A stretch of DNA of 64,000 nucleotides from an uncultured Actinomycetota bacterium (GTDB lineage Bacteria; Actinomycetota; Acidimicrobiia; Acidimicrobiales; Palsa-688). Below are positions 54,767 through 63,367 of the stretch, one piece after another; the first letter of the stretch is position 1, and each line of letters begins with the position of its first letter. Below the pieces are notes generated by a model, which searched no databases, was not told the origin of the DNA, and saw only the letters and a program-made list of their open reading frames with translations. Where the stretch lies: positions 41,707 to 105,706 of the forward strand of contig CAWBSR010000004.1 of the NCBI GenBank assembly GCA_963791545.1, in the 5' to 3' direction. The translations under genes and the position numbers were made by a program.

Positions 54767-55463
54767 GGGTCCTCCACATTCCGTCCATCATGCGCCGCAG
54801 GTGGTCGATCGACTCGCCCAGCACGTCGAGCACCTCCGTCTCCCGTCCCGGGCCGGTATAACGGGCGATGATGGCAACGGAGGCATTTCCATGGGCGGCG
54901 TCGGCCTCGTCGCTCACCCGAAAGAACTCCAGGGCTTCGGCGTCGAGCCCGGTGGCGGCCCACGGGTCCACGGCCAGCCCGGTGCCCTGCCGGAGGCCGT
55001 GGCGGCGGGGCAGGTTGCGGTCACCCATGATTTCGAGGCCGTTCACCGCGGTGAACCCGAGCAGCCAGTCGGGCTGGCGGGCCCAGCGGTCCCAATACCG
55101 GAAGGCGGCGACGGATTCCGCGCCCGGCCGGTGAAGCTCGATCGTCTCCCGGTCGAGCCCCGCGCCCGCTCCGAGACGGATGAGCAGTTCGTAGTGGTTG
55201 GTCCCCGCCGCCGGGTCCCGCACCACCTCCGACATCAGGTTCTCCACCTCAAACGCCAGAACGTCGAACTCCGGGCAGTTCGACATCACCGCCCCGACCC
55301 AGCGCGGGAACCACCGGGAGAACTTGGTCCACTCGAGCACAAACGCCCTCGCTATCGCGAGCGTCGGTGCCGAGGCCATTGACTGGAGAAAAAGGGGCGG
55401 GTCGCGAAACCAGCGCTCGATAACCAACTCCTCGACCTGGACGGCGAAGTCCCCGCCGATCAC
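54756..55463 (-). CDS. Heme-oxygenase-like / PqqC-TenA-like helical protein (putative diiron-type oxidase family)
   Basis: The helix motifs are FEVENLMSEVV, TNHYELLIRLG, AVNGLEIMGD and FFRVSDEADAAHGN. GTG 55463 overlaps the stop of the upstream 71-aa ORF (GTGA). The longer ORF 54756..55571 would overlap that ORF by 112 nt. Confidence 0.65.
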   Translation of the reverse strand: MIGGDFAVQVEELVIERWFRDPPLFLQSMASAPTLAIARAFVLEWTKFSRWFPRWVGAVMSNCPEFDVLAFEVENLMSEVVRDPAAGTNHYELLIRLGAGAGLDRETIELHRPGAESVAAFRYWDRWARQPDWLLGFTAVNGLEIMGDRNLPRRHGLRQGTGLAVDPWAATGLDAEALEFFRVSDEADAAHGNASVAIIARYTGPGRETEVLDVLGESIDHLRRMMDGMWRTHER

Positions 55464-55675
55464 CGGTTCACGCGCTCCCCAACCGTCGGCCGCCCCTCGG
55501 CACGGCGCCTCAACAACGCCGCCAGCTCGACCGCGTCGACCTGGTACTTCGTGACGCTGCGGTTGAGCCACATGACGTGGGCCCCGTCGCTGGCGGCCGC
55601 CTCGGCTACCAGATGCTCCGCCAGTGCTTCCAGCCCGCCGGCGGTCAGGCCGCAGACCTCACAAGGAATGTCCAT
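55460..55675 (-). CDS. 71-aa protein with N-terminal C-E-V-C-G motif, hypothetical
   Basis: MDIPCEVCGLTAGGLEALAEHLVAEAAASDGAHVMWLNRSV.... It is tightly packed between the reductase (3-nt gap) and the oxidase-like gene. Confidence 0.55.
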   Translation of the reverse strand: MDIPCEVCGLTAGGLEALAEHLVAEAAASDGAHVMWLNRSVTKYQVDAVELAALLRRRAEGRPTVGERVNR

Positions 55676-55678
55676 CTC

Positions 55679-56260
55679 TCATCCCTCCAGGAGTCGCAAT
55701 GCCAGGCGGCGACCGCGCCGCTGCTTCATGGCTAAGGCAATCCACAGCCGGAAGAGACAGTCGATAAGGGCCTCGTCGTCGGCCCCGACATAGATGGGAC
55801 GGAGGCCGACGCCCTCGATCACCGCCTCCACCGTCGATCGGTCGGCCTCGGGGGCGGAGAAAAACATGTCGGCCCGCTCGTCGCCGAAAACCGGCTCCGC
55901 CAGGTTCTCGCCGCCCACGGTGTTGAACGCCCGGGCGTAGCGGACTTCTGCCGGCAGCGCCGCCCGGCTGTTGGCGACCGGGGCGGCCATCTGGTTGGTG
56001 GCATCTATCACCAGCTTGCCGCGGAGCGCGTCACCGTGGCTGGCCGACAACTCGACCACCGCGGCTCCCGGCAACGCCAGGATGATCACCACCGCGCCGG
56101 CCAGGGCGTCGGGGATCGAGGTGACGGTGGCCGTTGACGGGCCGGCTACGTCGTCGTCGTCGGGATGGCGAGAACCGAACGTGACCCGATGGCCGGCGCC
56201 GGCCAGGGCCCGCCCGAGGATCCCGCCGATGAACCCGGTTCCGATGACCGCGATGTCCAT
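55679..56260 (-). CDS. NADP oxidoreductase, coenzyme F420-dependent-type (NpdG/F420_oxidored-like Rossmann protein)
   Basis: MDIAVIGTGFIGGILGRALAGAGHRVTFGSRHP, VIDATN and AFNTVG. ATG 56260 is preceded by GGTGAGGAG. Confidence 0.75.
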   Translation of the reverse strand: MDIAVIGTGFIGGILGRALAGAGHRVTFGSRHPDDDDVAGPSTATVTSIPDALAGAVVIILALPGAAVVELSASHGDALRGKLVIDATNQMAAPVANSRAALPAEVRYARAFNTVGGENLAEPVFGDERADMFFSAPEADRSTVEAVIEGVGLRPIYVGADDEALIDCLFRLWIALAMKQRRGRRLALRLLEG

Positions 56261-56457
56261 CCTCGACTCCTCACCGAGCGCCATTGAATCCCTTTTCCCC
56301 CATCCTTACAGCCGCGGCGAATGTGCGGTGGCCGTGTCGATTTGGGCGCAGCCGTTGGTTTGGGAGGTGGGAGCCGCTCGGAGCCGGTCGTCAGGCAAGG
56401 AGAGACCAATGAGCACCTCCGCCCGCTCAGGGGCTTACTCTCGGTAGCGTTACCCAG

Positions 56458-57696
56458 GTGTCTGGCGGGCATTTGTTCCAGCAGCGGGACTTTCGCTTGC
56501 TCTGGGGCGGCGAAACGGTCAGCGAAGTCGGTACTCAGGTGAGCCTGCTCGCCATCCCGCTGGTGGCGGTGCGCACCCTGCACGCCACCACCTTCGAAGT
56601 GGGCGTCCTCTCGGCGGCGTCGACGGCGGCATTTCTGCTCGTCGGGCTCCCTGCCGGGGTCTGGGTGGATCGGCTTCGCCGGCGGTGGGTCATGATCGTG
56701 GCGGACCTGGGCCGGCTCGGGGCCCTGGGTTCCATCCCCGCGGCCTATGCCCTCGGACACCTCACGCTCCTCCAGCTCTACCTGGTCGCCCTCCTAACGG
56801 GCCTGTTGACGGTGTTCTTTGACATCGCCTACCAGTCCTATCTGCCCTCACTCGTCGGCCGCGAGCATCTGGTCGAAGGCAACGCCAAGCTGGCCGGTAG
56901 CGCCCAGGTGGCCCAGGTGGCGGGCCCGAGCATCGCCGGAGTGCTCATCCAGGCCATCGGGGGCTCGTACGCGGTCGCCGTCGACGCCGCCAGCTTCCTC
57001 GTCTCCGCGGTTGCGGTGGGAGCCATCACCACGCCGGAACCGCAGCCCGCGGTGCCCGAGGGTGGCCACGGGAGGCTGCACCGCGACATCGGCGAGGGGT
57101 TGCGGTTCGTCTTCGGCCACCCTCTGCTGCGGGCCATCGCGTTGACCACCGCGACCTCCAACTTCTTCAGCGGCGTCGGCGTGGCGGTCGAGATCGTCTT
57201 CCTGGTCCGGGTTGTCCACGCCTCCCCCGGGATCATCGGGCTCATCTTCGCGGCAGGCAGCGCCGGCGGAGTTGTCGCCGCCTTGTTGGCGGCGCCCTTC
57301 GCCCGGCGCATCGGTGGCGCCCGGGCCACGATCGTCGCCATCTTCGTCACCGCCGGTGGCGTCGTCGAACCCCTGGCCAGGCCCGGGGCCGGATTGCTGT
57401 TCTTCGCCGGCGGTCTCTTCCTGCTCTCCTTCGGCAGCGTGCTGTACAACATCAACCAGGTCAGCTTCCGGCAGCGCCTCTGTCCCGACCATCTGCTGGG
57501 GCGCATGAATGCCACAATTCGATTTATTGTGTGGGGAGTGCTGCCAATAGGTGCACTCGCCGGCGGCGTTATCGGCAGCGGCCTCGGGATTCGATTCGCC
57601 CTCTGGGTTGCGGTCCTGGGCCAGACCCTCGCGGGCGGCTGGCTCCTCGCCTCGCCGCTGCGGCGGATGCGGGACTTTCCCGAGACCGAGGAGTGA
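56458..57696 (+). CDS. MFS transporter (EntS/MFS_3-like)
   Basis: FRLLWGGETVSEVGTQVSLLAIPLVAV, GVWVDRLRRRWVMIVADL and a 12-TM-like profile. Confidence 0.8.
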   Translation: MSGGHLFQQRDFRLLWGGETVSEVGTQVSLLAIPLVAVRTLHATTFEVGVLSAASTAAFLLVGLPAGVWVDRLRRRWVMIVADLGRLGALGSIPAAYALGHLTLLQLYLVALLTGLLTVFFDIAYQSYLPSLVGREHLVEGNAKLAGSAQVAQVAGPSIAGVLIQAIGGSYAVAVDAASFLVSAVAVGAITTPEPQPAVPEGGHGRLHRDIGEGLRFVFGHPLLRAIALTTATSNFFSGVGVAVEIVFLVRVVHASPGIIGLIFAAGSAGGVVAALLAAPFARRIGGARATIVAIFVTAGGVVEPLARPGAGLLFFAGGLFLLSFGSVLYNINQVSFRQRLCPDHLLGRMNATIRFIVWGVLPIGALAGGVIGSGLGIRFALWVAVLGQTLAGGWLLASPLRRMRDFPETEE

Positions 57697-57732
57697 GTGC
57701 GCTAGGTTCGCTCGAGATCGAAGGGGACGGTA

Positions 57733-59392
57733 ATGCTTAACTCGAAATCGGGGCGGCTCGCGGCTGCCGTACTGCTTTTCTCCGGGGTGGCGATTGCGGG
57801 TTCCGCGTCCTTCGACCGTTCCCGCGGCGCTAATGGCTCGGTTGCGGCCGCGAGTGTGGTCCGTTACCCACCGGGGACCCCTGGGATTGTCACTCCTCTG
57901 CCCGCGGGCGCCTCGTCACCGGCGCCGATTGCCGGCGCCCGCCAAGGTCCGATGGCGCCGCGACGCCTGTCCCCTCGAGCGGGACGGGCGTCAGCGCTGT
58001 CGGTCCCGGTCGCCTCGGCGTCGCCGCCGGTAGGCGCCTCGACAATGCAGCGAACCTTCGTCGGCGTCGGGAGCCTGGACAGCGCCGTCACCAACTTCGG
58101 GCACCAGTTCGAGCCGCCCGACCAAGGCCTGTGCGTCGGTAATGGATTCGTACTGGAGCCCGTCAACTCGGCCTATCGCATCTACGGGACCAATGGCCGG
58201 GCGATCGCGGGACCGTTCAACGTGAATGACCTCTTCAACGAAGGACCGGCGGAGTACACGAGCGACCCGCGGTGCTACTTCGATGCCAGCACCAACACGT
58301 GGTTCGCCATCATTCTGTTCATCAGCAGCGACAACAACTCCTCCCATCTCGACATCGCGGTCAACAACTCCGGAGACCCGACCACCCCCTGGCGGCAGTA
58401 CCGCGTGGACACGACGGAAACTGAACAGCCGGGACACGCCGGTTGCCCGTGCTTCGGTGATCAGCCCCGGTTGGGGATCGATCAGACAAACTTCTATGTC
58501 AGTGCCGACGAATTTTCCATTCTCGGACCGGAATTCAACGGGGCGCAGATCTACGCCTTCTCGAAGGCCGATCTGGCGGCGTCCTCACCGGCCCGGTTCG
58601 TGCATTTCGAGAACCTGAGCATTGCAGGAGGCCCGGCGTTTTCCGTGCAGCCGGCCACGAGCAGCGGAAACCCCGACGCCGAGTACTTCATGAACTCGAT
58701 CGACCCGAATTCGTCGCTTGACAACCGACTCGGCATATGGGCGATGACAAATCGCGACGCGGTCGCCAGCGGGCATTCGCCGGTTCTCACGAGCACCATC
58801 ATTGCCTCCGAGACCTTCGGCGTACCGCCCAATGCCCAGCAACAGGGATCCAGCCGGCTGATCAACACCGGCGACGACAGGATGCAGCAGGTCCAGTTCA
58901 TCGGCGGCAGCGTTTGGGGTGCCCTCGGCACCGCCGTGACTACCCCGGGCGACAACGCGGTGAGGGCCGGGGCCGCCTGGTTCCGCGTCCATCCAAGTCT
59001 GAATGGCGACAGCATCGATGACGCCGCCATCCAGCACCAGGGATACGTCGTGACTCCGGGGAACTATTTGTACTATCCCGCGATACAGGCCAACGCCTCG
59101 GGGGCTGCCGCCATGGTGTTCACAATTCAGTGGAGCGCGGTATTTCCCGAGCGCCGACTATGCCGTCCTCAGCCCGGGGCAGTCCAACTTCGGCCCGCCC
59201 CGCGAGGCGGCCCACGGAACCGGCCCGTACAGCCCTACCGCGGGCCGCTGGGGGGACTATTCCTATGCCACCCTCGATCCGGTCACCGGCTCGTTCTGGA
59301 TGGCCACCGAGTACGTGCCGCCGACCTCTGAGCAGACCGTCGACCGGCGCCGCAACTGGGGGACCCGCGTCTTCGAGGTAAGCGTCCGGTAG
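57733..59392 (+). pseudogene. Secreted hypothetical protein, interrupted by a +1 frameshift near nt 59120-59131
   Basis: The signal peptide is MLNSKSGRLAAAVLLFSGVAIAGSA. The ORF 57733..59331 is coding-like up to ...AAAMVFT. The continuation SGARYFPSADYAVLSPGQSNFGPPREAAHGTGPYSPTAGRWGDYSYATLDPVTGSFWMATEYVPP...RVFEVSVR-TAG is in the next frame and ends at 59392. Confidence 0.65.
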
Positions 59393-59630
59393 CAGCCGCA
59401 CTTCAGGACGTCGGATGGACTCGAACCATCGGCCTCAGCATTATCAGGGCCGAACCCTGCTCAGCCTAATAGGCCTCTCAACCTGCGGTTTTGTGGACTT
59501 CGTCGCCGCTCAAAATCGGTTTTTGTGCCCGCTGCATGCCCGTTGATCGGACAACACCGGAACCGGCATCCGGCCTCGTCCCGGGGCAAGGGCGCGACAT
59601 GATGGTCGAATCGTGACCGGAGGAGACGAG

Positions 59631-60140
59631 ATGGAACGCGAAGAGATTGACCGGGAGCTGGCCGCGGCGCAGGAGGTACTCGCGTCGACGTCGGCGGCTC
59701 ACCTGGCGTACACCGCGATCGACGGGACGCCCCGTGTGGTCGTGGTCGGGTTCTACTGGACCAGCGACGAGTTCGTGATCTCGACCGCGGCCACCGCACC
59801 GAAGGTCGCCGCCCTGGCAGCACGCCCGGAGGTTGCGCTCGCTATCGACGCGGGCGACACACCGGGCGGAGCGCGTTCGTTGTCGGTGCGGGGTCAGGCG
59901 ACTGTCGAGATCGTCGACGGTGTCGTGCCGGAGTATCTCGCCGCCGCGAGACGGTCGATGGACACTGATGCCGCGGCGAAGTTCGAGCAGAACGTGCGCC
60001 GCATGTACGACCAGATGGCTCGCATCGCGATCACGCCAACGTGGGTCCGCTTCTACGACTTCGGTGCCGGCCGGATGCCGCGATTCCTGCAGGAGCTCGC
60101 GGCGCGGAGCCTGATGACCGAGGCGGACTGGGCTGACTGA
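59631..60140 (+). CDS. Pyridoxamine 5'-phosphate oxidase (PPOX)-like family protein
   Basis: ASTSAAHLAYTAIDGTPRVVVVGFYWTSDEFVISTAATAPKVAALAARPEVALAID...VRGQATV. GGAGGAG lies 6 nt before ATG 59631. Confidence 0.6.
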   Translation: MEREEIDRELAAAQEVLASTSAAHLAYTAIDGTPRVVVVGFYWTSDEFVISTAATAPKVAALAARPEVALAIDAGDTPGGARSLSVRGQATVEIVDGVVPEYLAAARRSMDTDAAAKFEQNVRRMYDQMARIAITPTWVRFYDFGAGRMPRFLQELAARSLMTEADWAD

Positions 60141-60289
60141 GGGCGACTAATGACGCCCCGCGAGCGGGCGACGGTAACGCCTGCGGGCCGTCGCGGCGAT
60201 GAGTTCTCATCGCGCTCACCGTCTCACGATCGGGGCCGGGCGGAGAAGAAGTGGTCCGGCCTCCGAATTCGGAACCGTAGGAGGTAATT

Positions 60290-60961
60290 GTGGCAGAGCT
60301 GCTTGTCGACTTCATCACGTCGCTGGATGGCTACGCGTCGGGGGAGGGCTGGCCGGGATGGTGGGGGCTGCAGGGACCTGAGTACCTGGCCTGGCTCGAC
60401 GAGCAGCCCGAGGTCACCTACTTGATGGGCGCGAACACCTACCGGCTAATGGCTGGCTTCGCGGCCGGTAAGCCCCCTGCCGGCCAGGAGGAGATCGCCG
60501 CTGACGAGGAGGCATCCGTCGGCGGTCTCACGCAGGCATCGAAGGTGGTGTTCTCTGCGTCGTTGGACGAGCCGCTCATATGGGCGAACAGTCGCCTCGT
60601 GCGCAACGACGCCGTCGAGGCGGTCCGAGCGATGAAGGCGGACGGTGCCGGGATCCTGTCCACGATCGGCAGCCTGAGCCTGTGCCGGTCCTTGCTGCGG
60701 GCCCGGCTCGTGGATCGGCTCCGCGTCGTGATGTTCCCGGTCATCACCGGCGCCACCGGCGCCGAGCGGATCTATGACGGGTACCCGGACGTCGCGCTCG
60801 AGATGATCGACAGCCGCATCTTCGATGGCCGCACCCAACTCGTCGAGTACCGGCCCCGCGTCCTCGACCGCCCGCCGCTCGCGCCCTCACCGGGCGCCGA
60901 CGGCGATCGTGGCAATCCTGGCGGCGCCCGCGGCGAGGGCGATACGGCGCCCGCAGCCTGA
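60290..60961 (+). CDS. Dihydrofolate reductase-like (RibD C-terminal domain) family protein
   Basis: VDFITSLDGYASGEG...YLMGANTYRLM...VFSASL...ILSTIGSLSLCRSLLRARLVDRLRVVMFPVITG. GTG 60290 has an upstream GGAGG. Confidence 0.7.
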   Translation: MAELLVDFITSLDGYASGEGWPGWWGLQGPEYLAWLDEQPEVTYLMGANTYRLMAGFAAGKPPAGQEEIAADEEASVGGLTQASKVVFSASLDEPLIWANSRLVRNDAVEAVRAMKADGAGILSTIGSLSLCRSLLRARLVDRLRVVMFPVITGATGAERIYDGYPDVALEMIDSRIFDGRTQLVEYRPRVLDRPPLAPSPGADGDRGNPGGARGEGDTAPAA

Positions 60962-61177
60962 AGCACTCGCCGTTAGTCTCCCAAACGGCGGAGGCCAACG
61001 CGGTGTGGCCGCTCGAGAATGCGTATCCGATGAAGTGCGTTACGGCCAGGTGTGCAATGGCGAGACATGAGCGGCTCGGGCCCGTCTTTGAGGTCACGGC
61101 CCACCGTTTGTTCTCGCAGAAATTGTGCGCACAAGCACGCCACTCTGGCTCGATGTGCCCCGTCGAGCAGCCGGTGG

Positions 61178-61206
61178 TTGACTATTTAACCGTACTGTTA
61201 TATAAC
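61178..61206 (+). promoter_or_regulatory. Near-consensus sigma-70-type promoter (TTGACT - 17 nt - TATAAC) overlapping a 10-bp palindrome GTTATATAAC
   Basis: TTGACT is at 61178-61183, TATAAC at 61201-61206, and the palindrome at 61197-61206. It lies 27 nt upstream of the arsR-family ATG (61233), which has a GAAGGAG ribosome-binding site. Confidence 0.55.
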
Positions 61207-61232
61207 TACTCTATGAAGTATCTGAAGGAGCG

Positions 61233-61607
61233 ATGGCAACGATGGCGGTGACGGCCCCCGATCGGTTCGACGTCGTCTTCGCCGCCTTGTCGGACCCCAC
61301 CCGGCGCTCGATCGTGCGCCGGCTGGCCGACGGTGACGCAACCGTGCTCGAGTTGGCCGAGCCGTTCCCGATCAGTCTCCCGGCTATCTCCCGTCATCTG
61401 AAGGTCCTCGAGCAGGCCGGTCTGATCAGCCGCAGCCGAGACGGACAACGGCGGCCATGCCAGCTGCGGCCGGGGCCTCTCGTAGAGATCGCGGCATGGG
61501 CCGAGCACACCCAAGCTGCCTGGGAGCACCGCCTCGACCGCCTCGAGGCACACCTCCGGCGCCCATCTGACCGAACCGCAACCCCACCGACATTGGAGAA
61601 ACCATGA
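61233..61607 (+). CDS. ArsR/SmtB family transcriptional regulator
   Basis: FAALSDPTRRSIVRRLADGDATVLELAEPFPISLPAISRHLKVLEQAGLI is a winged helix-turn-helix. Confidence 0.85.
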   Translation: MATMAVTAPDRFDVVFAALSDPTRRSIVRRLADGDATVLELAEPFPISLPAISRHLKVLEQAGLISRSRDGQRRPCQLRPGPLVEIAAWAEHTQAAWEHRLDRLEAHLRRPSDRTATPPTLEKP

Positions 61608-62092
61608 GCAATACCCCGACCATCACCAACCCGACGACGTGGGCTCTCGACCGTGAGATCGTCCTCGCACGGGTCTACGACGCTCCACGCGAAGCGGTGT
61701 TCGCGGCGTGGACCGATGCAGATGCCTTCTGCCAATGGTTCGGCCCCGAGGGCTTCACCTGCACAGTCCGGGAGATGGACGTGCGCCCGGGCGGCCGAGC
61801 GTGCTTCGACATGACCTCCGGAAACGGCACCATGTTCACCAATCGCTTCGACTACCTCGAAGTCGTTCCAGGCGAAAGGCTGGTCCTGGATCACGGCTCC
61901 GACGCCGACGATGACCCGGCACGCTTTCGAGTGACGATCACCCTCGACGAACAAGGCGACGGGAAGACGGTGCTGACCCTGCGACAGCTTCACCCAACCG
62001 TCGAGCAGCGAAATGCAACCATCGGCTTCGGCGCAGTCGAACTCGGTCTGCAGACGATGCACAAGCTCGCTCGCCATCTCGGAGTCGCCTGA
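61604..62092 (+). CDS. SRPBCC (AHSA1 / activator of Hsp90 ATPase homolog-like) family protein
   Basis: LDREIVLARVYDAPREAVFAAWTDADAFCQWFGPEGF...VVPGERLV. It overlaps arsR at ATGA. Confidence 0.75.
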   Translation: MSNTPTITNPTTWALDREIVLARVYDAPREAVFAAWTDADAFCQWFGPEGFTCTVREMDVRPGGRACFDMTSGNGTMFTNRFDYLEVVPGERLVLDHGSDADDDPARFRVTITLDEQGDGKTVLTLRQLHPTVEQRNATIGFGAVELGLQTMHKLARHLGVA

Positions 62093-62763
62093 TGTCGCAG
62101 CTGGTGCGAGTGCAGAACTTCTTCGTGTCGATGGACGGGTTCGGCGCCGGCGAAGGCCAGAGCCTGGAGGCGCCCTTCGGGCATGCCGAGCCCCGCGGTG
62201 GTGGCATCGCCAGTCTCCCGGCCGACCTGGCCTCGTGGGCGTTCGCCACCGCGAGCTGGCCGAACCGAACCGAGCCCGGCGGATCCCGAGGGCTGGACGA
62301 CTACTTCACTCGCGACTTCACCCGGAACATCGGCGCCGAGATCATGGGCCGCAACAAGTTCGGGCCGCAGCGGGGCCCGTGGGAGAACCTCGACTGGAAG
62401 GGGTGGTGGGGAGACACCCCGCCCTTCCACACCCCCGTGTTCGTCCTCACCCACCATCTCCGACCCAGCTTCACGCTGGCCGACACCACGTTCCACTTCC
62501 TCGACGCGACGCCCGCGGAGGCGTTGCGGCAAGCCAAGGACGCCGCTGAGGGGAAGGACGTACGGGTTGGAGGCGGCGTCGCCACCGTTCGGCAGTTCCT
62601 CGAGACGGATCTCATCGACACCATCCATGTCGCCGTCGCGCCGATCGAGATCGGCCGAGGGGAGCGACTCTGGACCTCCCACGAGGACCTGCTCGACCGG
62701 TTCCACCTCGAGTCCGTGCCCAGCCCCAGCGGGGTTACTCACATTCTCTTCTGGCGGCGCTAA
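62092..62763 (+). CDS. Dihydrofolate reductase-like (RibD C-terminal domain) family protein, second copy
   Basis: VQNFFVSMDGFGAGEGQSLEAPFG...IMGRNKFGP...VFVLTHH...DVRVGGGVATVRQFLETDLIDTIHVAVAPIEIG. It overlaps the upstream gene at TGATG. Confidence 0.7.
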   Translation: MSQLVRVQNFFVSMDGFGAGEGQSLEAPFGHAEPRGGGIASLPADLASWAFATASWPNRTEPGGSRGLDDYFTRDFTRNIGAEIMGRNKFGPQRGPWENLDWKGWWGDTPPFHTPVFVLTHHLRPSFTLADTTFHFLDATPAEALRQAKDAAEGKDVRVGGGVATVRQFLETDLIDTIHVAVAPIEIGRGERLWTSHEDLLDRFHLESVPSPSGVTHILFWRR

Positions 62764-63095
62764 GCGTCGCGGACGACGACGGCTGACCGAGGGCGGAGCG
62801 GGCTCGGGCGATGCACTGGTCAGCATCGGCACAGCTGTGACAAACAAAGGCGATTGTTTAACGCACTATCGAGAGAATTGATCGGCAAGCCCACAATTAT
62901 TGACGTACTTCGACGGAGCCGTAACTCAGCTTACGTTGGTCCCAACTCGATCCGTGCTGGGGCATCCAGTCACAGCCATGTGAGCTCTACATCAAACACC
63001 GGGATCGTCGCACCTGCCATCCAGCAACTGACTCCGAGCCCTGCGGTCACCGACGCGTTGGGCAGCTCCATCGACCCTGGGACCACGTCACGGAC

Positions 63096-63314
63096 TTGGC
63101 CGGTTACATGTCCGAGCGTTCATCGAAACTGGACGCGCCCCCGCCCCGCCGTCCTCCTGCTCCAACTGAGGATCGCCTCTTACGTGAAGATCTCGGCGTC
63201 CCCTCATACGACTACGCACTCAGTCCCGAGTTGTTTCATTGGGAATCGCAGAGTTTCACGACGGAGCGATCGGCCGACCCGGGTGCGGGGACTGGGCAGT
63301 TCGGGATCGCTTGA
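63096..63314 (+). pseudogene. Possible gene remnant in a lower-GC stretch (C-terminal-like fragment)
   Basis: The only coding-like stretch in 62.8-63.35 kb is ...EDRLLREDLGVPSYDYALSPELFHWESQSFTTERSADPG.... I could not assign a family, and the surrounding frames are broken by stops. Confidence 0.25.
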
Positions 63315-63367
63315 GTTGGCCCGGGCGTCAGTGCCACCCCTGGGATGTGGGCAAGATCCCACATTGA

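Noticed and set aside
54479-55675. Interpretation as a PQQ- or mycofactocin-type RiPP cluster (small peptide + PqqC-like + PqqD-like)
   Set aside because: No radical-SAM (PqqE/MftC) or PqqB gene is present. The peptide lacks the PqqA E-x3-Y motif and the MftA GVY end, and the IDG resemblance is too weak. The downstream 63 codons are in frame with the peptide and lack a start codon, so they are not a separate PqqD-like gene.
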